From assembly GCA_019058445.1 (NCBI GenBank), contig JAHPZA010000010.1:576001-640000 (forward strand): a stretch of 64,000 nucleotides of DNA, in the 5' to 3' direction. Origin of the DNA: Promethearchaeota archaeon (lineage in GTDB: Archaea; Asgardarchaeota; Lokiarchaeia; Sigyniarchaeales; SOKP01). Under the pieces are notes generated by a model. That model was not told where the DNA came from and ran no database searches. It worked only from the letters and a program-made list of their open reading frames with translations. Positions 50,908 through 62,004 of this stretch are shown in pieces. The translations under genes were made by a program, and so were the position numbers. Positions within the stretch are counted from its first letter, which is position 1. Each line of letters starts with the position of its first letter.

Positions 50908-52176
50908 TTATAGGTCTAAACTTCTTTTTTTTGCAAATAAATTTTTTAATTCATCGAGGACTTGGGATCTAGCACCTGCTCCTCCTCTATTTACTTCTAT
51001 AACTTCAGGACTTTTAATTTCTATTGGTACTCCAGATTGAACAGATTTTAATTGAAAAGCTTCGTAAGCTCCACTTTCTATTGCTGCTAATCTATTTTCA
51101 ATATTATTAATTTGAGTAGAAATACTTTCTGACAAACGTATAACGGCATTCATTGTCTCCTCTAATATTTTTCCTAATCCTTCCACTTTATTAATTGTAG
51201 GATCTGTAAGATCATAATGTGTCTTCATTACCTCTTTCAGAAACTTAGCAAATTTGGGTTCCCTGGATAAAAGAGAAAATATTGACGTTAAATATATCTC
51301 ATAATCAAAAGCAGAATCTTTTCTTTCTTGAAAGATTTCTTTTAATGAGGTTTTTAAAGATTCGACATTTAATAAAATAGCTGGATCATTTCTTAAATCT
51401 GGATCATACTTGTGAATAAAAATTAAAAAGTAAGGTTTTTCCTCTAATGCTATTAAAATATCAAGGATATCCTTAAAATATCTAATTGAGCTTTCAAATC
51501 TATCTGAATCTTGAACATCAATAACATAAATTAATAGGTCAATTTGCATAAAATATTTCTCTGGATCTTCAAAATATCTTTTTCTAAATAATTCTTGACC
51601 TCCAAAATCCCATATAAATAAATCTAATGTGTCAGTTTTTATATGCTTGCGTTCGATTCCTTTAGTAGGTTTCAAAGATGCTAAATCATTTATTCCTAAA
51701 TGTCCGCCGAACTTAGAGAGAATTGCAGTTTTACCAGCATTATCTAATCCAACAACAGTAATTTTTTGCTCTCGTTTTTTCTCTACAATTGATTCTTCTT
51801 TAATGCTTTTAATTATAGAACTTATTCTAACTGTTTTTTTTAATTTTTCTTCAAAATTAGGATATTTTTCTCTGATATTTTGGATTTTAGATTGTAGATT
51901 TTCTTCTTCTTCTTTAGCTTTTTTAGATTCATCCACTCTATCAAGTTCCATTAAGATATTGAGGTGAGTAAAAGGATCTTCTTTATTTAATTCTGCGGCT
52001 TCGTTGATTTTAGTTACTTTAAAAAGATCAGCTATCTCTGCAATTTCTTCTTCGTTTAAAAACTTAAAAGCAGAAATAGGTAAATTTAGAATGTCCTTTA
52101 TACTTTTTACTTTTTTACTTATTTCTGGGTTCAAAAATTTTGAGAATAATTTAATTACTGAGACTTCAGGTGTCAT
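50908..52176 (-). CDS. Extended Arf/Rag-like GTPase (tandem copy 3)
   Basis: GLDNAGKT, PTKG, WDFGGQ, HKYD, TSIF. Confidence 0.88.
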   Translation of the reverse strand: MTPEVSVIKLFSKFLNPEISKKVKSIKDILNLPISAFKFLNEEEIAEIADLFKVTKINEAAELNKEDPFTHLNILMELDRVDESKKAKEEEENLQSKIQNIREKYPNFEEKLKKTVRISSIIKSIKEESIVEKKREQKITVVGLDNAGKTAILSKFGGHLGINDLASLKPTKGIERKHIKTDTLDLFIWDFGGQELFRKRYFEDPEKYFMQIDLLIYVIDVQDSDRFESSIRYFKDILDILIALEEKPYFLIFIHKYDPDLRNDPAILLNVESLKTSLKEIFQERKDSAFDYEIYLTSIFSLLSREPKFAKFLKEVMKTHYDLTDPTINKVEGLGKILEETMNAVIRLSESISTQINNIENRLAAIESGAYEAFQLKSVQSGVPIEIKSPEVIEVNRGGAGARSQVLDELKNLFAKKRSLDL

Positions 52177-52367
52177 CGTATTTATTTTTTTCTTTTAATA
52201 CTATATAAAAAAACTTATTATTATTCTTTGTTATCTTATTAAAAGTACTATTACACAATTAAGAAAAGAATGACTCTTAAAAGTAGCATTAATTCGATAT
52301 TATTTAATGAATTAGGTATATTTCTATCATTATACTGTTTGAAATTTATAAAAAAAAGTTATCTCAA

Positions 52368-53609
52368 TTAATCGATATTAAGATTTTTTCTCTTATCTAA
52401 TAATTCTTTTAATTCTGAAATTATAGTCTCTTTTAATTCAGGTTTTCCTGATAGATGTGATGGATTAACAGAACTTGAGGGTTGTGCAAATAATGGCGGC
52501 AAACCACTAGAGGTATATTCAGGTGAGGGTAAAAAACCTTTGGGTTGACTAGAAAGCTTTATTCCATTTTCATATTCTCTAAACCGCCTTTCTAGATTCA
52601 TTACACTTTCAGATAATTGAATTACTGCATTTAAAGTATTTTCGATTATACTACTTAAACCTTCTATTTTACGCATTGTCGGATTCTCTAAAGTTGCTTC
52701 CTCTTGCATAATTTTTTTTATGAATTTGGAAAACTTTGGCTCGTTAGCTATCATAGAATATATTGAACTTAAATAAATATCATATTCAAGATTTTTATCT
52801 ATAAAAACGGACTTTATGAGATCCTTAATTAATTCAATATTTAGTAGGATTTCAGTATCATCCCTTAAATCAGGATCATACTTGTGTATGAAAATTAGAA
52901 CATAGGGATTTTCTTCTAACCTTACAACAGTGTCTATAATTTTTTCGAAATAATTGATACTTTCATCAAATTTATCATGAGCTTGGATATCAATAACATA
53001 TATAATTAAATCGACATCTAAAAAATATCTTTCTGGTTTTCTGAGATAGTTATCTCTGAAATCTTTCTGACCTCCAAAATCCCAAATAGATAAAGCCATA
53101 TTACGTGTGCTTATCTCTTTTCGATCGATTCCTTTAGTGGGTTTCAGTCTAGAAAGTTCTTTTATTCCTATACGACCTCCAAACTTAGATAAAATTGTTG
53201 TTTTTCCAGCATTATTTAAACCAACAACAATAATTTTTTGCTCTTTTTTTGTAAGAGGAAGAATTTCTTCTTTAATTCTCTGTATTATTAAACTTAAAGT
53301 GATGGCTTTTCTTAATTTTTCTTCAATATCAGGGTCAATTTGTAAAACTTGTTCTATTTCTCGGCTTTTTTTTTCGGATTTCTTAATTAAAAAATCAAAA
53401 GGATGTTCTTGATCCAATAAAGAAAATTGCCCAATTTTTGTAATTTTAAACAATTTTTTTATCAATAAAACATCTGATTCTTCTAGAAATTTAAATGCTG
53501 ATGTGGGTAATTTAATAATATCATTGATGTCTTCTATAGCTTCAAGATTTACGTTTGGATCTAAGAATCTGGCGATTATTTCAATTTTATCATAAGTCTT
53601 TTTTGGCAA
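52368..53609 (-). CDS. Extended Arf/Rag-like GTPase (tandem copy 2)
   Basis: GLNNAGKT, PTKG, WDFGGQ, HKYD, SSIY. Confidence 0.88.
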   Translation of the reverse strand: MPKKTYDKIEIIARFLDPNVNLEAIEDINDIIKLPTSAFKFLEESDVLLIKKLFKITKIGQFSLLDQEHPFDFLIKKSEKKSREIEQVLQIDPDIEEKLRKAITLSLIIQRIKEEILPLTKKEQKIIVVGLNNAGKTTILSKFGGRIGIKELSRLKPTKGIDRKEISTRNMALSIWDFGGQKDFRDNYLRKPERYFLDVDLIIYVIDIQAHDKFDESINYFEKIIDTVVRLEENPYVLIFIHKYDPDLRDDTEILLNIELIKDLIKSVFIDKNLEYDIYLSSIYSMIANEPKFSKFIKKIMQEEATLENPTMRKIEGLSSIIENTLNAVIQLSESVMNLERRFREYENGIKLSSQPKGFLPSPEYTSSGLPPLFAQPSSSVNPSHLSGKPELKETIISELKELLDKRKNLNID

Positions 53610-53763
53610 TTTGAATCATACTAATCTTTTTATTCTTTTTAATTTTTACATTTTTAACAAAATTAGAGAAATTAAACATTTTTATATTTAAACTCTTTTT
53701 TGTTTCAATGATTATTAAATGAGAATTTAAGTGTAGAGAATTATATAAAAAAAGAAAAGATAA

Positions 53764-55020
53764 TTATAAATCTAAACTCTTTTTTTTAGCAAATAAATCT
53801 TTTAATTCATTAAGAACTTGAGATCTAGCATTTTCCTCTCCTCTTTTTACTTCTACCGCTTCAGGACTTTGAATTTCTATTGGTACTCCTGATTGAATAG
53901 ATTTTATTTGAAAAGCTTGAAAAGCTCCACTTTCAATAGCCCCAAGTCGATTTTCTATATTATTAATTTGATTAGATATACTTTCTGACAAACGAACAAT
54001 CACATTCATGGTTTCCTCTAATATCTTTCCCAAACCTTCCACCTTTGATATTGTAGGATCTGTTAGAGCATAATTTGTTTTCATTACCTCTTTTATATAT
54101 TTAGCGAATTTGGGTTCATTTGATATTAGAGAAAATATTGACGTTAAATATATTTCGCAATCAAATTCATTTCTTTCTTGAAAAATTTCTTTTAGATTCT
54201 CTTTTAAAAATTCTATATTTAATAGAATTTCAGGTTTATTTTTAATATCTGGATCATATTTATGAATATAAATCATTATATAAGGAAATTCTTCCAACAA
54301 AATTAATAACTCAATGATGTCCTTAAAATAACCTAATGATTCTTCAAATCTTTCTGGATCTTGAACATCAACTACATATATTAATAAATCTATTTGAAGA
54401 AAATACCTTTCAGGATTTTGGAAATATTTTTTTCGGAGTTCTTCTTGTCCACCAAAATCCCAAATATAAAGATCCAATGTTTCGGTTATAATATGATCTC
54501 TTTTAATACCCTTGGTTGGTTTTAGTGAAGCTAAATCGCTAATTCCTAAACGACCTCCAAACTTAGTTACAATTGCAGTTTTTCCAGCATTATCTAATCC
54601 AACTACAATAACTTTTTGGTCTTTCTTCTCATCTAAATTTTCTTTTTTAACTTTTTTTATGAGGGAACTAATGGTAGCAGTTTTCATTAATTTTTTTTCA
54701 AGGTCAGGAAATTTTAGTCTAATATCTTCAATTTTCAATTCTTCTTGACTTGTCTCATAAGATGCAATAAAATCATTAATGTTCTCCAGATCAATTGGTA
54801 GTTTAAGGGGCAAGTTTTTACCTAATTTAGTAGCATCTTTAATATTATTAATCCCAAAAATTTCTCCTAAAATAGTAGCCTCTTCATTATCTAAGAAGTT
54901 ATAGGCATGAATAGGGAGGTTTAATATATCATCAATCTTTTTTATATTGTTGATATCATTAAATTCAGGATCCAAAAATTTTGAAAATATATTAACTACA
55001 CTAGATAGTTCCGACGGCAT
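53764..55020 (-). CDS. Extended Arf/Rag-like GTPase (tandem copy 1)
   Basis: GLDNAGKT, PTKG, WDFGGQ, HKYD, TSIF. Confidence 0.88.
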   Translation of the reverse strand: MPSELSSVVNIFSKFLDPEFNDINNIKKIDDILNLPIHAYNFLDNEEATILGEIFGINNIKDATKLGKNLPLKLPIDLENINDFIASYETSQEELKIEDIRLKFPDLEKKLMKTATISSLIKKVKKENLDEKKDQKVIVVGLDNAGKTAIVTKFGGRLGISDLASLKPTKGIKRDHIITETLDLYIWDFGGQEELRKKYFQNPERYFLQIDLLIYVVDVQDPERFEESLGYFKDIIELLILLEEFPYIMIYIHKYDPDIKNKPEILLNIEFLKENLKEIFQERNEFDCEIYLTSIFSLISNEPKFAKYIKEVMKTNYALTDPTISKVEGLGKILEETMNVIVRLSESISNQINNIENRLGAIESGAFQAFQIKSIQSGVPIEIQSPEAVEVKRGEENARSQVLNELKDLFAKKKSLDL

Positions 55021-55307
55021 TGTAATTTCTTATATTCTTTTTTATTAATAATATAATATTAATATAAGGTATATAATTTTTTATTAGGTTTCTTAAAAAA
55101 ATGCTATAATAGAACATTTTATTTGATGTTATTTTACTAAATTTTCTTTAGTTGTATTTCATTGGACTTTTCTGTTAAAAACAAGAAGACATTTAGTTAA
55201 CTGAGATATGAATATTACGTGCTTCTTGTAATCGTCTTATTTCTTTTTGGGATAGTTTTATATAGGTTATTAATCATAATAATATAAATAAAATCCAAAA
55301 GTCCATT

Positions 55308-56234
55308 ATGTCCCCCGATAAACAGCCCTTTAAAAATAGCGATGGATTTTTTGAAGAAGAAACGGAAGAGTGTTGTGATTCACCCAAAATATCGGAGGAA
55401 GATGGATTTTATGTTTGTTTAAATTGTGGCTATGTTCACAGCAGAATATTAGATACATCTCCTAGAAGGGCCTTCACGGCAGAGGAAATCCAGAAAAGAA
55501 AAACAAATGAAAGGGTTTATAGCCCAATTGGACCGCGTACGATTATCCGAGGTAGCCGTGATGCACGAGGGACACTTTTAAGCCCAAAATATAAATCAAA
55601 ATTTAATCGTCTTGCGAAAATTCATAGGAGTTTAACAACTAGCTATGAGCGAAATTTATGGATCGCGTTACCAAACTTACAACGATTACAAAAGAGATTA
55701 GGAATTCCGGATACTGTTGCAGAGGATGCACTGCGAATATACACACAAACAGTAAAAAAGAAATTAACAATGGGAAGAAGTATTGATACTTTGCTTTCAG
55801 CTTCCATTTTTGCCGCACTACGAATACATGGAATTCCTCGAACAGTTGAAGAAATAACAAAAGTCGCCCAAATTCCTAAAAAAAAAGTAATTAAAAGTTT
55901 CAGGTTAATCTTAATGGAAATTTTGCCTAATCTTAACCTAAAAGTGCAGCATTTTCAGGCAGATCGCTACGTAGATAAATTTAATGATGAGTTAGGATTA
56001 TCAATGCAATGTAGAAATATTGCTGTCAAATTAATTGAGAGTGCAAAAGAAAATGGGTTTAATACGGCAGGAAAAGACCCAAAAGGGATAGCAGCTGCCG
56101 CAATATATCTTGGATCCAAGATTTGTAATGAAAATAGGACACAGAAGGAAATTTCTAAGCTGGCAAAGGTCACAGAGGTCACACTCAGGATGCGTGTCAA
56201 AGACTTGCAGAAATTTGCGAAGATAATTAAGTAA
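55308..56234 (+). CDS. tfb: Transcription initiation factor IIB (TFB paralog)
   Basis: Zn ribbon VCLNCG, ERNL..A, GRS, PRT..EI, GKDPKGIAAAAIY, TQKEI...AKVTEVTLR. Confidence 0.92.
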   Translation: MSPDKQPFKNSDGFFEEETEECCDSPKISEEDGFYVCLNCGYVHSRILDTSPRRAFTAEEIQKRKTNERVYSPIGPRTIIRGSRDARGTLLSPKYKSKFNRLAKIHRSLTTSYERNLWIALPNLQRLQKRLGIPDTVAEDALRIYTQTVKKKLTMGRSIDTLLSASIFAALRIHGIPRTVEEITKVAQIPKKKVIKSFRLILMEILPNLNLKVQHFQADRYVDKFNDELGLSMQCRNIAVKLIESAKENGFNTAGKDPKGIAAAAIYLGSKICNENRTQKEISKLAKVTEVTLRMRVKDLQKFAKIIK

Positions 56235-56246
56235 TTTTTAAGGAAA

Positions 56247-59200
56247 TTAGAGTTTAGTTAAAACTTTCTCTTCCTCAAATAGAGGTAATACTTTTAAAAA
56301 AGAGTTAATCTTTGTCTTATGTGTTTCTAAGTTTTCAGTTAACACATCCAATATTAATAGCAATAGCGAAACATAAAAAGTCTCTACGATTAATGCTTTC
56401 CCCATTCCAAGATTATTTAAGTAAGAATCAACGTTTGTTTTAATTTCTTTCGGGGGTTTTTGCGTTTTTAATAATGAAAGTCCATACAATAAAATAAGAA
56501 GAGCGCTTGTCTGATAATCTTTCCTTTTAATAAAATTACCAGCTAAATCCAAATAATTTTTAGAGGCGTCTTCAAACGCTTCTCCATTTAAAAGCTCTAA
56601 AATTTCCTTATAATATCGTCTTTTCATAGCTGTTCTTTTTTTTATCACATCAACACTTTCAGTTTTAACATCTCCCATTCTTTGTTGCAGGACTGCAATA
56701 GTTTGATCTAATTTTACTTTAAACTTAGACATTTCACCGCGTTCCTTTCTTGTAATATCTTCCTTCTTTTTATCTTCTTTAATCTCTTCACCCGCCAAAG
56801 CAATTAAGAATTCTGTTTCTGGTTCGAAGAGCATTAGTTTTTCTGAAAGATGGGTTAAAGTCAATTTAATTAATTCTTGAATATAATTTTCAAACGATAA
56901 AAATACATAATTCATAAATTGTATTTCTGGTAATGATTCTAGTTCCTCCTTTAAGGTTCTTAATTTTTTCAAGCTATTTTCAAAAATTGTTTGAGCGTTA
57001 AAGAAATCCTTTGCTTTAATTAAAATCAACGATCCGAGGATTAATCCAATAGCAGCATGTTTATAGAATTTCTTATCTACTAGTTTATCAAATGATTCGA
57101 GATAAATTGAAGATGCTTCTAACAAATTATTTTTTGATAATTCTTCAATAGCTTTGTTCCAATAATCTCTCCTCATCATTTTTCTTTTGGCTAATTCTTG
57201 TTTATCGATTTTAAGTTTTTTTGCGAGTTTATTGATCTCACTTCTAACTTTAGCAATCTCACCAATACCAATCTCGAATTCTAAAATTTCCTCCTCTTCC
57301 TTATATTCTTTACCTAATACGTCATAGAGAACGCGGATTTCTTCTTCGAATAATGGGAGATTTTCTAGATAAGACAGTGCTTCCTTAAGTTTTGGTTCAT
57401 CTTGTAATTTTTCCATTTCTAAGATATATTCAATTAAAGTAACTGGAAAGGTTTCAGAAAATAATTTTCCTGAGCTAGAGAAGTCTTTTTTAATTTTATT
57501 AAAGAAGTTTGTCATTTCTGTGATTTTATTATTTTTAAAAAATAATAAGCAAACCACTGCTAAAGATACACCTGATAAATTGTATTTCTTTATTCTTTCC
57601 AACCTAATGATACTCTCATTATAGGCTTCAATTGCTTTTTCAAATTCTTGGTTTTTAACATAATTCAATGCATCTACTAAATAAGCTCTTTTCAGTCCTT
57701 TTCTCTGTTTTAATTCATTTTTTCTATCATGAAGTGCATCTTGAGATTTCTTTTTGATAATGGAAAGTTTTTCTTTTAAAATTTCTCCTCTAACCGTTTC
57801 CTCGGCCATTCTCGATTCAAGCGCACTTTTATATGCCTCCAATTTCTCAAGTTGCTTATTTAATTTTGATTTGTATTCAGGATTTTCAATTTTATCGATA
57901 ATAGTTTGAGCAGAAGGGTAATCTTCATGGGTAATATAAATTTCAGCTATTTTTTTATATAATTTATTGAATGTAATCTTTTCTTTTTCTTTATCTAAAT
58001 AAGCTGTAAAGATGGTATCTACTTTTTTTATAAGCTGAGTTGCTTTATTAATTCCAGTTTCATTTTCTTCACTTTCAACAATTCTTAAAGCTTCATTTTT
58101 AATAACTTTAATAAATAATCTACTAATTTTTCTGGATTCCTCATAAAGCATTAAATTCCTAAATATTTTATTGGACATTTCAAAGAATTTTTCATTATTC
58201 TCAAAGTTTTCTTCTTCTTTTGATTCCTTTAGTTTTTCGAAATACTTAGGAAAAATCCGAATTAAATATTCTTTTCCCATATCTTCTGATAAATCTGAGA
58301 AATTTTTGAAAAAACTATCAAATTGTTTCGCATCAATTAAAATATCTAATGACTTGGTTAAAATCTGATTTGCGATCTCTTCCTTTCCAATACTAGTAAG
58401 GAAAACAGACTGATTTCTTAAGATCTTTGCAGCGTTCAGGTATTCTTTTTTCTCCTTAAAGCTATCGGCTTCCTTTAATATTTGAGAATTTAATTCAGCA
58501 ATGATATTAATTTCGGCATTAATAAATTCTTTTAGTATATCAACACCTTTTTGAACATTTTGTTCATATTCTTTTTTTCTAGATGCTTTTTCCCCCTCTT
58601 CTACTTTGATACTTAGATCAGTTAACTTTTGTTTTAATTTAAAGGAATCTAATTTATTAATTAAAGTCGAAGCCATTCCAAAATTTAATTCATCAAGTAG
58701 AAGTTTAATCATTTCTTCTAAATATTTATCCATATTACCTTTCTTTAATTTATAACTTTCCCATAGATTTTCTATCTCATCATACGCGTTTTTCGCTAAA
58801 TAAACCTCTTTTTCTTGTATTTTTTTATCAAGTATTTTTATTAAAACCTCAATCTGCTTATTGGTAAATTTTTTTAAATTATCAAAAAGACCTTCTTGTT
58901 GATAAACATGAATACTATAATATAACTGATCTTTAGCAGCATCTAATTCTCCTTTTGAAACTAAGAAATTGGCGGCGTTAATAATTTTCTCGGTAATTTC
59001 TTCTAAAATTGGTAAAACCTGTTCATGAGGTAATCTTTCCAAAACTTTAAATGCTTTATCACATTTACAAGCCGAAATCCAAGAAGTTATCGCTAGTTCA
59101 AAACTCTTTTGAACTAACTCTTGATTATCTAATTCTATAGAAGCCCATTGACCCGCATTTTCATATAGAAGTGCAGCATCTTCATAATTTGTATTATTAA

Positions 59201-59993
59201 ATAGCTTATTACCCTCTAATATCATCGCATCGTGATAAGAATGCCTAAATTCTTTATATTTTCTTTGATCAACATTTTCTAAAATTTTTGATGCTACAAG
59301 ATAAAGCTCTCTCTGTGAAAAAGCGATCTGAGAAAAAAGATAGGCTGCCTGTTCGCTATGAATATAATACTCATCACTGTTATATATTTCTGAGATTGTG
59401 GCGGCCTTTCTCATTGCTTGAGCAGCATAAAAGTATTGTTCTTGCTTAAAATATATATTAGCTAATTGTATAAATATAGGAAATCGCATCCATGCATTTT
59501 CTATATTCAATGGAGTCTCACCCGAAATCATCGCAAGACAGAGACATTGAAGTGGTTGATGAAACAAATTCGGGGAAAGATTTACGAAAACTTCAAGTTC
59601 GGGATAATTTACCCAGATATTTTCTAATAATTCATTGATTGATATTGGGATAATCCCTGAAGGATCATAATATACGATTAAAGTGGGAATATTACGTTTA
59701 ACAAATTTAATAATTGAATAATACATTTCAAAGAGTTCCATTTCTTCTTGTTCTAAGGGATTTAAAAAAAAGATGATCCCATCAACCATCGGAATCAATT
59801 CGTCGAAATCTGTAGAAATAATGTCTGTGATCACATCAACCTCTAAATCACAAACATTATCTAATGCGTTGATTTCTGCATACCACTCATTATAAGTTTC
59901 TTTAAATTCACCTGAATCTATAAATGCTCTCGCCACATATTCAAGCGTAGATGAAGGTTCTCCCAAAATCAAGATTTTAAACACGTAACGCAT
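56247..59993 (-). CDS. Large alpha-solenoid (TPR/SNAP-like) protein with N-terminal degenerate small-GTPase-like domain
   Basis: N-terminal YVFKILILGE...DGIIFFLNP; AA..Y..A helical repeats; three C-terminal repeats ending LPLFEEE / LMLFEPE / LPLFEEE. Confidence 0.65.
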   Translation of the reverse strand: MRYVFKILILGEPSSTLEYVARAFIDSGEFKETYNEWYAEINALDNVCDLEVDVITDIISTDFDELIPMVDGIIFFLNPLEQEEMELFEMYYSIIKFVKRNIPTLIVYYDPSGIIPISINELLENIWVNYPELEVFVNLSPNLFHQPLQCLCLAMISGETPLNIENAWMRFPIFIQLANIYFKQEQYFYAAQAMRKAATISEIYNSDEYYIHSEQAAYLFSQIAFSQRELYLVASKILENVDQRKYKEFRHSYHDAMILEGNKLFNNTNYEDAALLYENAGQWASIELDNQELVQKSFELAITSWISACKCDKAFKVLERLPHEQVLPILEEITEKIINAANFLVSKGELDAAKDQLYYSIHVYQQEGLFDNLKKFTNKQIEVLIKILDKKIQEKEVYLAKNAYDEIENLWESYKLKKGNMDKYLEEMIKLLLDELNFGMASTLINKLDSFKLKQKLTDLSIKVEEGEKASRKKEYEQNVQKGVDILKEFINAEINIIAELNSQILKEADSFKEKKEYLNAAKILRNQSVFLTSIGKEEIANQILTKSLDILIDAKQFDSFFKNFSDLSEDMGKEYLIRIFPKYFEKLKESKEEENFENNEKFFEMSNKIFRNLMLYEESRKISRLFIKVIKNEALRIVESEENETGINKATQLIKKVDTIFTAYLDKEKEKITFNKLYKKIAEIYITHEDYPSAQTIIDKIENPEYKSKLNKQLEKLEAYKSALESRMAEETVRGEILKEKLSIIKKKSQDALHDRKNELKQRKGLKRAYLVDALNYVKNQEFEKAIEAYNESIIRLERIKKYNLSGVSLAVVCLLFFKNNKITEMTNFFNKIKKDFSSSGKLFSETFPVTLIEYILEMEKLQDEPKLKEALSYLENLPLFEEEIRVLYDVLGKEYKEEEEILEFEIGIGEIAKVRSEINKLAKKLKIDKQELAKRKMMRRDYWNKAIEELSKNNLLEASSIYLESFDKLVDKKFYKHAAIGLILGSLILIKAKDFFNAQTIFENSLKKLRTLKEELESLPEIQFMNYVFLSFENYIQELIKLTLTHLSEKLMLFEPETEFLIALAGEEIKEDKKKEDITRKERGEMSKFKVKLDQTIAVLQQRMGDVKTESVDVIKKRTAMKRRYYKEILELLNGEAFEDASKNYLDLAGNFIKRKDYQTSALLILLYGLSLLKTQKPPKEIKTNVDSYLNNLGMGKALIVETFYVSLLLLILDVLTENLETHKTKINSFLKVLPLFEEEKVLTKL

Positions 59994-60004
59994 TAAAATT
60001 CACA

Positions 60005-60075
60005 AAAAATCATAGGATTATTGTTATCAAAATTTTTAAATTAAATCTAAAAATCATAAGATTATTATTATCAAA
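60005..60075. repeat. 27-bp imperfect direct repeat in a divergent intergenic region
   Basis: aaaaatcataggattattgttatcaaa (60005-60031) and aaaaatcataagattattattatcaaa (60049-60075). Confidence 0.7.
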
Positions 60076-60144
60076 TAATTTAGGGAATTTTTATATTTTT
60101 TTAAATGTTCTATAAATTATCACATCGTGAGCTGAGACACTGAG

Positions 60145-60810
60145 TTGGAACATGAATACATAGAAAGGAATTACAATATCTTACAAAATAAAATGATTGA
60201 AGAGATGGATTTAGCTCTTGATTTCGGAAAAAAATTAGTAGACTCAGAATTAGATGCGGGAATTTTTAACTTTGTGGTAAAGCCGATTATAAAATCATTT
60301 TATAGTTATTGGAGTGTCCATGATGCCAGAACTGGTACTTTAAAACAAATTGAAATTGCTTTAGATTGTGGAAAACAGCTATATAAAAATGGAGCTAGCC
60401 AAGAAGATTTTAATCGTGTGATTAACGAGAATTTTCCAAACTACTTCCAAAATGATCAAATCTATAGACAATGCAGGAAAACCCATAAAGAATTCAAAAG
60501 ATTAAAAGAAGTTACAAAAGAGACCTTTATTACTCAAGTCAAGGAAGTAATAACCTTTCTGGGAATCAAAGAAAATGTAAGCGATTATAATGCATTAGTC
60601 AGAGCTGCTTTTAATTCAAAAGAAGAAGCATATAAATCGTTAATTATTCAATTAGATTTCAATGATAAATGTATAAAGATTGTAGAAAAACATCCCTCAA
60701 TCCTGAAAATCCCGACAGGAAAAAATATTATAATTAATGTTCTAAGAAAAGGATTTATTAAAACAAAAGAATATTTAATAAATGGATTGGACGAGATTTA
60801 TGGGATTTAA
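60145..60810 (+). CDS. Hypothetical protein
   Basis: 221-aa ORF, no motif recognised. Confidence 0.6.
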   Translation: MEHEYIERNYNILQNKMIEEMDLALDFGKKLVDSELDAGIFNFVVKPIIKSFYSYWSVHDARTGTLKQIEIALDCGKQLYKNGASQEDFNRVINENFPNYFQNDQIYRQCRKTHKEFKRLKEVTKETFITQVKEVITFLGIKENVSDYNALVRAAFNSKEEAYKSLIIQLDFNDKCIKIVEKHPSILKIPTGKNIIINVLRKGFIKTKEYLINGLDEIYGI

Positions 60811-60849
60811 TAGTTTCTTCCTTGTTTTAAGCTATTTTTAGAAATATGA

Positions 60850-62004
60850 ATGGAGTTTAATTTGAATAGTTCTTCCGCACAGCAAAAAACGCATCTTTTA
60901 CGGAAAGTTTTCTTAAATCTATTTATAAGTGCATTTATTATTATATGCTATTTCTATGTATCAGAGGTTTTCGGTTCAATTTCAGCCCCCTATCAAAAAA
61001 ACTCCAAGTTTTTAGTTCAATTTGGATTCACTTTATTGCTTTTTACATTTTTTTCAGTATTAGCAGGTCCTTATCATGGTTTTATAGCCGGATTTATAGG
61101 AGAATATCTTTATCAATTAGCTTATTACAAATCGATTTATCTTGATTGGTGTTTATTAATCGCATTCTGGGGATTTTTATGTGGAATCTATAAATATAAA
61201 CCACTAAAATATCAAGAAATAAAGAATGTGATTTATACTATTCTTCTTTTTGTTTTCAATTCACTAATTTTAATGTTATTACTTATATACATTCAAAAAC
61301 AGTACTATTTAATTAATGAAAAGATACAATTCATCTTTTTAAATTATGGACTCACATTTTTCTTTCAATCTTTAATTACAATTATATTTTTAGTCCCAAT
61401 TCTTTTAATTTTATATGATAAGGCCTTAGCTACACAGGAACGATATTGGTATTTTATGATATTAACACATCATCCCGTTTCGGCAAGTGATCATACTTTT
61501 TATTTAAAGTTTGGGAAGACTTATGTTTATTTCTGTTCTAGGTGTTCAGGTGTAATTATAGGAGGTATGATTGCAGCATTTTTTACACATTTAATAGAAA
61601 GGATTTATAACACAGAATTTAATCCCGAACTGGCTGTATTATTATGCATTATTTTACCAATACCCGGTTTGATCGATTGGGGCACTCAAAGAATGTTATT
61701 GCGAAAAAGTACAACTGAAACAAGACTTCTTACGGGATCAATAATTGGAAGCGCACTCCATCTTATGTCTTTTACAACGCCATATTATAACTTTATGTTA
61801 TTCTTGTTGGTTTTATACTTTTCCATTCTATTCTTACTTATGTTTTTTGGACATCGTAAAGAAATGAAATTACAAAAAAAAGAATCTGAAGACCATTTTC
61901 CATCTAATAAGGAATATCAAATCAATAAAAAATTTTTTATTTACGATAAAAATGTCAAATATTATTTTCATTCATGGTTTGGAAAGTTCTGGCCAAGGTT
62001 TTAA
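60850..62004 (+). CDS. ECF S-component-like membrane domain fused to a DUF2085-like domain
   Basis: AGPYHGFIAGFIG (S-component-like); HH...HT...FCSRCSG...IDWGTQ...RLLTG (DUF2085-like). Confidence 0.65.
   Translation: MEFNLNSSSAQQKTHLLRKVFLNLFISAFIIICYFYVSEVFGSISAPYQKNSKFLVQFGFTLLLFTFFSVLAGPYHGFIAGFIGEYLYQLAYYKSIYLDWCLLIAFWGFLCGIYKYKPLKYQEIKNVIYTILLFVFNSLILMLLLIYIQKQYYLINEKIQFIFLNYGLTFFFQSLITIIFLVPILLILYDKALATQERYWYFMILTHHPVSASDHTFYLKFGKTYVYFCSRCSGVIIGGMIAAFFTHLIERIYNTEFNPELAVLLCIILPIPGLIDWGTQRMLLRKSTTETRLLTGSIIGSALHLMSFTTPYYNFMLFLLVLYFSILFLLMFFGHRKEMKLQKKESEDHFPSNKEYQINKKFFIYDKNVKYYFHSWFGKFWPRF

Noticed and set aside
61952-62004. 53-bp overlap between the DUF2085-like gene and the hydrolase as programmed frameshifting
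   Set aside because: Both ORFs are complete by themselves; a drifted stop codon explains the overlap more simply.
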